20,000 nucleotides of DNA from Chiloscyllium plagiosum. Lineage: Eukaryota. Of the stretch, positions 10,314 through 20,000 are shown in pieces; the first letter of the stretch is position 1; each line of letters opens with the position of its first letter. Below the pieces are notes generated by a model. That model saw only the letters and a list, made by a program, of their open reading frames with translations. It was not told where the DNA came from and ran no database searches. The stretch is from the NCBI RefSeq assembly GCF_004010195.1, contig NC_057719.1:84969105-84989104 (forward strand), read 5' to 3'. The position numbers were made by a program, and so were the translations under genes.

Positions 10314-10374
10314 CTGCACTTCTCTTTTTTTTTGTTGTGTATAATTTTAACATTGGCTGTATTAACGCTGGATG

Positions 10375-10495
10375 AGGGGCCCTTGTTACATAGTGCTGGT
10401 TTCCCTACCTTTGGGCCAGGAGGCTCAAGCTCACGTCCCACTTACTCCAAAGGTGTGTCATAACAACTCTGAATAGGTTGTTTAGAAAGTATCTT
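10375..10495 (+). mobile_element. Short tRNA-derived SINE-like repeat, copy 1
   Basis: Shares ccctacct, ccaggag and ctccaaaggtgtgt (10445-10458) with copies 2 and 3. Confidence 0.55.
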
Positions 10496-10509
10496 CTTAT
10501 TTATACTGG

Positions 10510-10632
10510 AGAGCTCGGCCATTGTAGTACAGTAGCATTGTTCCTACTTGTGAACCAAAAGACTCCAGTTCATGTTCCCCTCCAAAGGTGTGTAATACCA
10601 TCTCTAACCAGATCAATTATAAAATATCTATA
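10510..10632 (+). mobile_element. Short tRNA-derived SINE-like repeat, copy 2
   Basis: ctccaaaggtgtgt (10580-10593) is identical to copy 1, and the 3' end is similar (aaaatatct). Confidence 0.55.
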
Positions 10633-10780
10633 GTCCAACTGAGTATAGAGCAAGCAGAACATATTTGCTTTCGACGATATGTGGGGAATTTATTAGATGT
10701 CTGCATGGGATGATTGATAGACTCTCTCAGTGCAAAGTTACAAGAATATCATGGATCCAAGACTTACTGGGATTTTATTT

Positions 10781-10875
10781 GGTCTCTTGTGGTGCAATAG
10801 TGGTGTCCCTACTTCTGATCCAGGAGATCTAGTTCAAGTTCCACTGTTCCAATGTGTATCTGAACAGATACATTT
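10781..10875 (+). mobile_element. Short tRNA-derived SINE-like repeat, copy 3
   Basis: A-box-like TGGTGCAATAG (10790-10800) and B-box-like GTTCAAGTTCC (10832-10842); similar to copies 1 and 2. Confidence 0.55.
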
Positions 10876-11410
10876 TTTAAAAAGTCCATCCTTCCTTAGT
10901 GATGAGATCAAACCTATGAATGAGGTCGTCTCATATAAAGATATAATTCGAAATGGGTGGAAGAACATAGACAGACTTATGTGTAGAAATTAATGAAGGT
11001 ACATGGGATCATATGCTTAGGATCATTTATACATGGAGGCCCACAGCACAAAGGCAAATAAGTTGCACTGAAGTTTTCTAAACCTTTCTCAGGTGGGTTG
11101 TGTTCCTGATGTCTGTCTCAATTAGAGTTGCAAACCCAGTGGCCATGAAGGGATATCAGAACCAATGTTCCAGAGGTTGCAAATTAAGAACCTGTTTCTA
11201 GGAACCCTTTTCAATTAGAGTTAGTAGCTGAAATCCAGTGTGGGAAAGTCAATTCAGTGTGGTTTATGGATAGTGCAGTTAATTTCCTTCACAGGGATGG
11301 CGCAGCTGAGAGGCAAGAAACAGGAGCGGAAATGGCACCTTCAGGCATTTTCAGTAGAAAGCAGACGCTATGGCCAACTTAGCAGAAACTTCAATCAACA
11401 ATGATGTGAA

Positions 11411-11595
11411 GGAGCTGGTGTTGGGCTAAGATGGACAAAGTTAAAAATTACACAACACCAGGTTGTAGTCCAACAGGTTTATCTGGAAGCACTAGCTTGC
11501 AGAGCGCTGCTCCTTCATCAGGTGGTGGTGCTCTGAAAGCTAATGCTTCAAAATAAACCTGTTGGATTGTAACCTAGTGCTGTGTGATTTTTAAC
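11411..11595. repeat. Short palindromic (fold-back) element, probably Penelope-derived
   Basis: Arms 11440-11505 and 11530-11595 are 66-nt reverse complements (about 56/66) around a 24-nt spacer. Confidence 0.85.
11490..11524 (-). ncRNA. Near-intact minimal type I hammerhead-ribozyme motif
   Basis: Minus strand reads CAC-CUGAUGA-A-GGAGC-agc-GCUCU-GCAA-GC-UA-GUG: stem I CAC/GUG, CUGAUGA core, stem II, palindromic AGCU in place of helix III, and a UH site. GAAA is mutated to GCAA. Confidence 0.7.
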
Positions 11596-12029
11596 CGCAA
11601 TCAATAAGACACAGTTGCAGGTCTTCTGCTGGAAAAACGTGCACCCTAGAGCCCTGCAAACATGATGCCTGCAATTTAATAGATAGTCTATTTGTGGTTC
11701 AAAACTGCCGCCGTGGATCTGCCTCATCTCTATTTCTGGTCATCTGACATTGTAGGTGATCCTGAAACTGTATGAAAAATTGTAATCTGTTTCTACAATA
11801 GGGGCTAATTGTTCCATTAAGAGTCCTAATTAGCCAGCTACTGCTATTGGGAGCTCACCTCTGGGACAAATGCCTGGAAGTGGAAACAATTAGCAGCATT
11901 GACCTCATACAAGTTGATTGAATTTTCCTCATCATTCCACCTTCAAAGTTATCTATTAGGGACTCGGAAAATTTGGCACATCGTGTTATATTTTGCACAC
12001 TGCCCATTCGTAAAAATGTGAAATTATTA

Positions 12030-12665
12030 GAGGGAGTGGAGAAACAGTCTACAGATATAGATCCAGAAATGAGAGACTTCAGTTAAATGGTTAATATGGA
12101 GAAGCTGGGTTGTTCTTAGATTTTTAAGAGGAGTTCTGAAGGACGTATTCAAAATTATGAGGTATTATGCTTGTCCCCAACTATCCTTGAGAAGGTGTTG
12201 ATGAACTACTTTCTACAGTTTGTGAGGTGCTTCAGATAGGGGTTTCCAGGATTTTGACTCAGAGAGAATGAAGCAACAGCGGTTCAGTTTCATGTCAGAT
12301 TGGTAAGAGACTAGGAAGGGAACTTGCAGGTTGTGGTATCTGCTGTCTTTGTTTTTTTAGGTAGTAGGGGCCACACATTTGGAAGATGCAGCAATAGAGG
12401 TTTTGTGATTATCAGAAGAATCAGAAGAAGATAACATGAAGACATTTTTACATATGTGTAGTCAGGAGTTAAAATAAACTGTCCAAGATTAGTGGAGGCA
12501 GAATCAGTCATCTTTGAAATAGGGAACTGCATAATCATTTGAAGAGGAAAAGTTCTTACAATAGGGAAAGGGTAGTGGAGCAGAACTAACTGAATTGTGC
12601 TTGCAAAAAAATGACACAGATATGAAGAGACAAGTGGCATCCTGTGTTGTAACCATTCTATGGTA
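12030..12665 (+). mobile_element. Old degenerate CR1 3' fragment, interrupted at about 12165-12400
   Basis: ccagaaatgagagacttcagtt...gagaagctggg...gtattcaaaattatgagg, and later gtggaggcagaatc...ctgtgttgtaaccattctatg, resemble the CR1 3' region and tail. Confidence 0.55.
12165..12400 (-). mobile_element. 3' fragment of the LINE family seen at 9458-10313
   Basis: ccttgagaaggtg, tccaggattttgac and gggaacttgcaggttgtggt are shared with 9528-9700. Confidence 0.75.
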
Positions 12666-12859
12666 ATACAGTACTGGCAGTCCTTTTGTGTTAGAAAAGA
12701 CTTTATGTACTGTCAAAAACTGTGACTCAGCTGGTTAGTTGAGTGGCAGTCAATGAAAATCATAACTGAGCTGTTTACGGGTTTACGGTCTTCGCTCACA
12801 TCTGCACATGTATACACTTCCAAAAAAAAAGGTCACAGGAAAGACCTGAGGATAGGCAA

Positions 12860-13190
12860 TACTTACTAAGTTTGTTTCTCTATGGAGTACAAAAGATTAG
12901 GGAGTGATTTAATTGCTGTTTTCCAGCTTTTGAATGGAATTGATAGGAGAGATAAAGAGAAACTTTTTCTGCAGATGGGGGAGTCTAAACCAAAGAGCCA
13001 TTACTTTAAAATCAGAGACAGACTGTTCTAAAGGGAGGTAAGAAAACACTTCTGCTCACAAAATGTGGAACTTCCATCCATTAAAAACAGGAGGTACATT
13101 AGGATACAGAACCAAGGTGGGATAGGATATGGATCAGCTGTGATCTCACTGAATGGCAGAACAGGCTTAAAGATTTGAATGGTGATCCTT
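12860..13190 (+). mobile_element. Degenerate CR1 3' fragment
   Basis: Collinear with 4375-4770 (agattagggagtgatttaattg, ggggagtct, gatcagctgtgatctcactgaatggcagaacaggct). Confidence 0.75.
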
Positions 13191-13456
13191 TTTTATTACA
13201 TAAAAACTCTACATAGATATAAAAGAACAGTGTGGCATTCAACAAAAGACATACCAAGTGTTTCAAAACTGGTTTCTATTGCAGAACTTTAAAAGTGAAG
13301 TTCAATATTGCAAAACTGTCAAGAAAAAAATTACAATAATTTTAAATGGGCCTGTACTGACATAACTCACTTGTAAATAGTAACTTCTGTCTAATTTGAT
13401 AATATGTTTTTTTCAAAGTAAAAAAGGATGCTAATCGAGTGCTGAATTATTCTTAC

Positions 13457-13537
13457 CTCCTTAGATTTGATGGGTAATGCAGATGCTAATTCAAGCCAAT
13501 GTAGGGCAGTGGCATAGCTCCCAAGATCCCTGTAGCA
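13457..13537 (-). CDS. RMDN3: RMDN-family coding exon, 81 nt: CYRDLGSYATALHWLELASALPIKSKE
   Basis: ttttctggtattcatag|TGC TAC AGG...AAG GAG|gtaaga. Phase 0, and it resembles RMDN3 CYR(E/D)LG....A..W..LA..LP...KE. Confidence 0.9.
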
Positions 13538-13574
13538 CTATGAATACCAGAAAAGTTAAATTAGTTACAGTAAG

Positions 13575-13770
13575 TGGAATAGACTTGGTGAATACTATCG
13601 CCAAAATCATCTTCTGAAATTCCAATGCTAGAATGGTTCCTGCAGATTGAAAAGCAAGTATAACTCCGCTTTTTAAGAAAGAAGGAAGAGAGAAAATGGG
13701 GTTCTACAGATCTGTTAGCCTGACATTAGCAGGAGAGAAATTACTCAAGTCTTTTATCAAGGGTATTATG
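13575..13770 (+). mobile_element. CR1 ORF2 fragment (start of the RT domain)
   Basis: Translates as VPAD*K...ITPLFKKEGREKMGFYRSVSLTLAGEKLLKSFIK; homologous to 15895-16030. Confidence 0.8.
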
Positions 13771-14632
13771 ATGTAATTAGAAGGGCATCATAATAGTTTT
13801 CTGGAAGATACCCTATCAAAGAGATTTACAAAAGTTAAGATTAAATCACAAGTCAATTTGAGTGAATAAACCAGGACTCATTATGTTAACATAAGGGATG
13901 TGTTACCACTAAACAAGATCCTTAAGATTCAATCAGGAGAAATTTGCCCCAGTGAGATGGCAACTCAATGAAACTGAAGTGGGGTTTGTCCAGTGCTACA
14001 GCTGTGATAGGGAAGTTAGTGAAGTCAACTGTGGGGATTGGAGGCAGTATGTCTGGATGCAGAAAGGACAATAATTGTTAAAGGGAAGCGGGCGGGGAAA
14101 ATAACTATGCATTGGAGAATATGGATTATTGCTTCTGTTTCAGTGAAATAAAGAAAGCCTAGTAAATACATTCCATAAAAATTCTGATGACCAATACATT
14201 GTCAGAAACTGTTAAAATTGGAAGTAGTTTAGTGGGTGATTAGGGTTAACTGATGAATTAGTTGGCCAGATAGATAAATATAAAAGGATAGCAGGTAGAA
14301 TTATTGAGTGAAAGAAACTATAAACTTGAGAATTAATAAACTCCAACCACAAAGAAAGATATTTAGATTCATGTCTCATCCACTGGCTTGGATCCAAATT
14401 GACAGAAATTATTACTGTAAACTGGATAGGATGACAAAAGTATCATCATTGCTAATGCTGTGCGAGCCCCAATAGCCCTCGGTCAACCTTTTGAACCTCC
14501 TTTACATTGAACACAATTGTATCTGTACTCTTTACAATAGAGTGCAGTAATTTTATGCTTTGGCCAATTGGCATCCCAAAACCCCTTTAGCTATCCCACT
14601 GCTAAGCATACAGAAAATTTGCACTAGACTAC

Positions 14633-14686
14633 CTTTGCAATATAGACCGAGTTCACTTTGGAATATCCTGGTTTCAATTCTTCAGC
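14633..14686 (-). CDS. RMDN3: RMDN-family coding exon, 54 nt: AEELKPGYSKVNSVYIAK
   Basis: ctctactttacag|GCT GAA GAA...GCA AAG|gtagtc. Phase 0, and it continues the previous exon as in the RMDN2/3 motif AEEL.PG(F/Y)S....Y(I/L).K. Confidence 0.9.
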
Positions 14687-14864
14687 CTGTAAAGTAGAGG
14701 ATAAAAATAACAACATTTGTTTACTTACAGTAGCAGATGGATTATGATTGTGAATGATTTTGCTAATGAATTTAAGCCCCTTCCGGCTAAAAGAACAATG
14801 AGGAAGAATGGCTGCTCCATTTTCTTTTTAAGTGCCCTAAATGGAGGATACTCTGAATCTCCCA

Positions 14865-15258
14865 GTTATTTTGTTTTACTTTACCCCCATATTACCGCCT
14901 AATTGTAGTAGTGCTTATATTTTCCCCAGCACCCATGTTGTGTGTGTGCAAGTGTGAGACACAGTGAAAGACAACAGGTGTACCAATCTTTATTCAGTTT
15001 CCACCACCAGGAAGAAAGAAAACACCTGAGTGGCCAGTGACAAGCAGTGCCCTTCACATCAGATGCTGCATGATCAAACAGTGAAGGGGGGGGGCAGGGA
15101 TTAAATCAAAATAGAGTTGGAAGGGGAAATAATGCACTCAACTCCCTGTGGTGCCCACCTTTCCCTGAAAATATTGAGGGTGTTGGTGGACATCGCGTGC
15201 TCCTTCTCCAGGTACACCTGGGCTCGGACATAGCCGTGGAAGAGGGGCAGGCAACCAG
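14865..15258 (-). mobile_element. 3' end of a Tx1/L1-group LINE (ORF2 C-terminus + 3' UTR)
   Basis: Minus peptide CLPLFHGYVRAQVYLEKEHAMSTNTLNIFRERWAPQGVECIISPSNSILI* resembles Tx1-type ORF2 C-termini (R..LE.........F..RW). It is followed by a pyrimidine-rich UTR, AATAAA and an A-rich end. Confidence 0.7.
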
Positions 15259-15867
15259 TGGCTGCTCCATTAGTATTTAATAACCAATTGGTCATCAGTG
15301 AGATTGAGATGGTATTTCTGCCCCTCATGTACCATCTTAGCAATCTGAACTAGTCAGATAACCAACAGCTGTGTGATCCCAGCAGCACCACGCAAAATCA
15401 GTGATCATTGCTGGGTCTATATACTGTCCACAGTGGAGATTATCGCTGGAACTTCACACCAAGCTAAGTGGAGGAATATCACCAGCACAAAGCTGGCAGT
15501 CCCCTGCAATGTGGGGTTATGGATGGTTGTTTTGAGAGGCTGGCAACTGGTGGTAAAGGAAAACAAAATATCACCTTGCAGTTAATGCCTGCAATAGGGG
15601 AAAAGAGTCACAAAAAGGTCCCCCCTTTGCTTTATGAAAGCCTGTGCAGGTGAAGCTGCCAGCTTCCCATGTAGCATCTGCTGGATTTTAGCAGGTCCCC
15701 TGGCCTTCACAGCTGCTGCTCTGTTTTGGGAGTGGTGGTCTGAAATCCAGCTGAACAGGTTAAGATTACTTCTGGAAAAAGACAGGGAATGATCAAAGGC
15801 AAGAACATACAAGAGGAAGAGACCTCCTTTTACTAAGTCAAAAAAAGCTCTCTGTCCCAGATAGGAT

Positions 15868-17343
15868 GAAATATTTTCATAATCTATAATTGCAGGTGAG
15901 GTGCCGGATGACTGCAGAGTGGCTAATGTTGTGCCTTTGTTTAAGAAGGGATGTAAGGAGAAGCCTGAGAACTATAGACCTGAGAGTCTGACTTTGGTCG
16001 TAGGTAAGTTATTGGAAGTGATTCGGAAAGATATGATTTATATACATTTGTAGAGGCAAGAAATGTTTAGGGATAATCAGCATAGTTTTGTATGAGGAAA
16101 TCATGTCTCACAAACTTAATTAAGTTTTCTGAGAAAGTAACCAAGAAGATTGATGACAGCAAAGTGGTGGACATTGTTTACCCGGACTTTAGTAAAGTCT
16201 TTGGTAAGGTTCTGCATGGTAGATTAATTAGAAAATTAGATCGCATGAGATTCGGGGTGAGCTTGCCAATTGGAATCAAAATTTGATTAATGGCAGGAGA
16301 CAGAGAGTGATGGTGGAGGATTGTTTATTGGACTGGAGGCCTGTGACCAGTAATGTTCCACAGGGATCAGTAATCTGTCCACTTTTGTTTGTCATTTATA
16401 TAAATTCTTTATATGAAAATAAAGAAGGCACGGTTAGTAAGTTTGTGGATGACACCAAAATTGGTGGTATAGTGAACAGTAAAGAAGGTTATCTAAGGTT
16501 ACAAAGAGATCTTGATCAATTGGGTTAATGGGTTGAGAGCAGCAGATGGAGCATAATTATGATAAACGTGAGATATTGTATTTTGGTGAAACAAGCAAAG
16601 GCAAAACCTTCACAATTCAAAGTAGGCCCTCGGGTAGTGTTGTAGAACAGAGAGACTAAGGGTTCAGTTACATAATTCTTTGAAGTTTGTGATGCGTATA
16701 GATAGGGTGGTTAAGAATATCTTTAGCATGTTTGCCTTCATTGCTTAGACCTTTGAGTGTCAGTGTTGGAATGTTACGCTGATGTTGTACAGAACGTTGG
16801 TGAGGCCTCTTCTGGACTACTGTGTGCCATTCTGGTCACTCTGCTTTAGGGAATATATCATGAAACTGAGGAATGTTCAGAAGAGATTTACCAGGATGTT
16901 GCCAGGAATGGAAGGTTTGAGTTATAAAAATAGGCTGGGACTTTTTTCACGGGAGCATAGGAGGTTGAAGAGATGACCTTCTGGAGGTTTATAAAATTAT
17001 AAGGTGCATAGATCAGGTGAATAGCAAGGGTCTTTTCCCTTTGGTAGGGGAGTTCAAAATAAGGGGACGCATTTTTTAAGGTGAGAGGAGAAAGTTTTCA
17101 AAATGACATAGGCACAACTCTTTTACACAGACAGTAGTTAGTGTATGAAATGAACTGCTAGAGGAAGCAGTGGATGTAGGTTCAGTTACAACATTTAAAA
17201 GACATTTGGATAAGTACATGAATAGGAAATGTTTGGAAGGATATGGGCCAAATGCAGCAAATGGGATTAGTTTAGTTTGGGAACATAGTCAGTGTGGACA
17301 GGTTGGACTGAAGGGTCTGTTTCCATGTTGTATGATTATGATA
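15868..17343 (+). mobile_element. 5'-truncated CR1 LINE (about 1.5 kb, disrupted RT domain and 3' UTR)
   Basis: ANVVPLFKKG..NYRP, KSCLTNL, DFSKVF, VPQGSVI.PLLF, KFVDDTK and RPLLDYC, with multiple stops and frameshifts. The tail is gaagggtctgtttccatgttgtatgattatga. Confidence 0.95.
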
Positions 17344-17566
17344 AGAGCACAAAAAAGAATCAGCACCTTTAAAGCAAAAGGAAAATATTACTTCCTGGGA
17401 TTACAGAAATTATCCTGAATGCACAACCCTGCCCTTTTCTGAAAGAGATATATATAATTTTTTAATGTTTTTGATAATCATTAGCTTTTTCCCCCATTAT
17501 AAGAACCTTCACATTATTAGCGATACAACATAAAAACACTAACATTTATATCAAACTAGATCTCAC

Positions 17567-17665
17567 CTTTAAAAAGTTTTTTACAGCTTCATCAATGGTG
17601 GAACTTGGAGGTGTTCCATAGAAAGTTGCAGCTGCCTTCCTTTCGATCCAACCTAATTGCGCTAC
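17567..17665 (-). CDS. RMDN3: RMDN-family coding exon, 99 nt: [33 protein letters not shown]
   Basis: Minus strand reads ttttcttttgcag|GTA GCG CAA...TTA AAG|gtgaga: pyrimidine tract plus AG, 33 open codons, GT donor. The peptide matches the RMDN2/RMDN3 C-terminal TPR-like motif (V..L.W.E.K.A......P..T...A...FLK). The family call is strong; the paralog call (RMDN3 vs RMDN2) is tentative. Confidence 0.9.
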
Positions 17666-18084
17666 CTGCAAAAGAAAATTCAAGTACTTTGTAAAATTTT
17701 ATAAAGTGATACACACCTACCATATAAACAATACTTATTTTACAAAGGTCTTTGTGGCATATTTCAAACAAACTGAACTGCTGACGTGAGAAATTATTTC
17801 AAAAACATCTTCTGAATTGATACAGCAGATAGTATTGCTGTAAATTAAATGTAACCTTTTCATATGTACAGTACTAGGATTTTTACAACTCTAGTACATG
17901 CCTCCAAAGTAACAGTCATATGTTTACACACTGCACGACGAAAGCTATTAAAAGTCACATGGCTAAAACAGAGTGTTCTAAGGAGTCTTCAAGTGGATGT
18001 TTCTAACATTTTTTTTACACTTTTGTCTTACTCTTTAATTATTACCTTATTTGTAAACTTCTGCATATTATTTAATGTGCAATT

Positions 18085-18480
18085 ACACAGACCTACGTTG
18101 GCTTCTGGCAGTGGCATGCTTTTATTTTAAAATTCACATCCTTGTTCCTTCCCCATCTCTAGCCTTCTCCAGCAACAAAGCCCTCAGAGATCTCTGTGCT
18201 TTCCAAATTTTGCTTCCTGCACATTCACAATTTTCATTACTCCATCTTTGGTGGCTGCACCTTCAAATGCCTGGACTTTAAGCTCCTGAATTTTCTCCCT
18301 AAAACATGCAGCTTTGCTATCTCTCTTCTCATTAGATGCTTCCTAACACCTACCACTTTTACCAAGCTTTTGGCCACCTGTCCTAATGACTTCTCATGTG
18401 GCTTGGTGTCAAATGTGGTTTGGAATGCTTCTGAATTGCCTCTTAATATGTTTTACAACATTCTACATACATTAGTTACT
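18085..18480 (+). mobile_element. Degenerate L2 LINE 3' end
   Basis: DLRWLL...FKIHILV resembles L2 LHWLP....FKIL.L. Downstream ggtggctgcaccttca and accaagcttttggccacctgtcctaat fit an L2-type 3' end. Confidence 0.6.
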
Positions 18481-19204
18481 ATTACTGTGGTTATGTGGAG
18501 CAATTGAAGAAAATCTATTTTGTTCACACTTTATGAACAAAGGTTCTAACTTATAATAACAGTTTCATGTTTTTTTTTATTTCGTAACCTTTTAAAAAAA
18601 GTAATATTTCAACTGCTTACTACTCCTTTGCAATACTGACTAACACAAATTGGGACGAGAGTGAATTATTCCTAAGCCTTTGATTTGTTACTTGAAAAAC
18701 AGAAGTAACTGAAAAACATCACATGAGAGCTCAGATTACTTCAGATGACAAACTGGAGTCAACGTCCCAGACTTTGCATTATAATGACTGAAAATATCAG
18801 CATCTGCCATCACAGCCTCATAATTCTGACTCACTATGAGCAATGCTACAGCAGGTCCTTGCATTTTTGCTAAGCACGTTTGTTAAAAATGTTGGATTTA
18901 TGAAACTCTTGAATACAATAAAACCAGTGTTTCCACTTTATAACATTGCTCACCAACATTGAGGTTGAAATACAAATCTCGAATTAACACAATTTCATTG
19001 ATAAGTCTAACAAATTTCTTGGAGGGGTGGTATCACAATGCTTGGAGTTGACGTTACATGGAGGATAAGTCCAATGCAATGTGAAACTGTAATTAAATTG
19101 TGCCCATAATTTCCCGTAGACTTCAGGGACACCTTATAAGTAGACATGGAGTGAACTGTAATATACTGGCACTGCTATTCTGCGCTGTCCATACAATAAC
19201 ATCG

Positions 19205-20000
19205 CGGAAAGAAGAGGGACAGGAATGGTTGTTGGAGGTTCCTGGTTACAGATGTTTCAGTAAGATTGGGGGGGGGGGGGTGGCGTTGCTAATTAGAAAT
19301 GGTATAACGGCTGCAGAAAGGCAGTTCGAAGGGGATCTGCCTTTGGAGGTAGTATGGAGGAAGTCAGAAATAGGAAAGGAGCAGTCACCTTGTTGGGTGT
19401 TTACTATAGGCCCCCCAATAGCAGCAGAGATGTGGAGAAACAGATTGGGAAACAGATTTTGGAAAGGTGCAGAAGCCACAGGGTAGTAGTCATGGGCGAT
19501 TTCAACTTCCCAAATATTGATTGGAAGCTCTTTAGATCAAGTAGATTGGACGGGGTGGTGTTTGTGCAGTGTGTCCAGGAAGCTTTTCTAACTCAGTATG
19601 TAGATTGTCCGACCAGAGGGGAGGCCATATTGGATTTGGTACTTGGTAACAAACCGGGACAAGTGATGGGTTTGTTAGTGGGTGAGCATTTTGGTGATGG
19701 TGACCACAATTCTGTCACTTTCACCTTGGTTATGGAGAGAGGTAGGTGCGTGCAACAGCGCAGGTTTTACAATTGGGGGAAGGGTAAATACGATGCTGCA
19801 AGACAGGATCTGAGGAGCATAAATTGGGAGCATAGGCTGTCAGCGAAGGATGTCATTGAAATGTGGAACTTTTTCAAGGAACAGATACGACGTGTCCTTG
19901 ATATGTATGTACCTGTCAGGCAGGAAAGAGATGGTCATGTGAGGGAACCTTGGTTGACGAGGGAGGTTAAATACCTAGTAAAGAGGAAGAAGGAGGCTTA
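19205..20000 (+). mobile_element. Relatively young CR1 LINE, APE endonuclease region of ORF2, running off the window
   Basis: VPGYRCF and GGGVALLI, then after a frameshift an open frame from 19360 to 20000 with GVYYRPP, VMGDFNFPNIDW, PTRGEAILDLVL, GDGDHN and EPWLT. Confidence 0.95.

Noticed and set aside
10375..10875. Possible tRNA genes or CRISPR-like array
   Set aside because: No complete cloverleaf, copies are diverged and irregularly spaced, and the context is eukaryotic.
15300..15780. Moderately GC-rich segment with several short ORFs (similar at 11050-11400 and 11620-12000)
   Set aside because: No exon, domain or terminal repeats could be identified; possibly old unclassified repeats.

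Overview
This is vertebrate genomic DNA; the repeat families look cartilaginous-fish (shark)-like, which is an inference. The window holds the last four coding exons of a minus-strand RMDN/FAM82 (regulator of microtubule dynamics) gene, most like RMDN3/PTPIP51 although RMDN2 is not excluded. The exons are 17567-17665, 14633-14686, 13457-13537 and 5939-5998, all phase 0 with canonical AG/GT sites; none is recovered in frame by the supplied ORF track. The introns and 3' region are packed with decayed retroelements: several CR1 LINEs, a second CR1/L2-group LINE family, an L2, a Tx1-like LINE, tRNA-derived SINEs and a Penelope-like GIY-YIG element. The most notable region is the last intron (6.9-11.6 kb). 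It contains a Penelope insertion with a perfect 17-bp target-site duplication, a 216-bp non-tandem local duplication carrying a CTCF-like motif, tail-to-tail LINE copies, and two short palindromic elements carrying minimal hammerhead-ribozyme cores. I see no intact novel protein-coding system. The best candidates for under-described biology are the hammerhead-bearing fold-back elements and possible TE-derived poly(A) signals. Repeat boundaries are approximate unless stated, and family names come from recalled motifs, not database searches.
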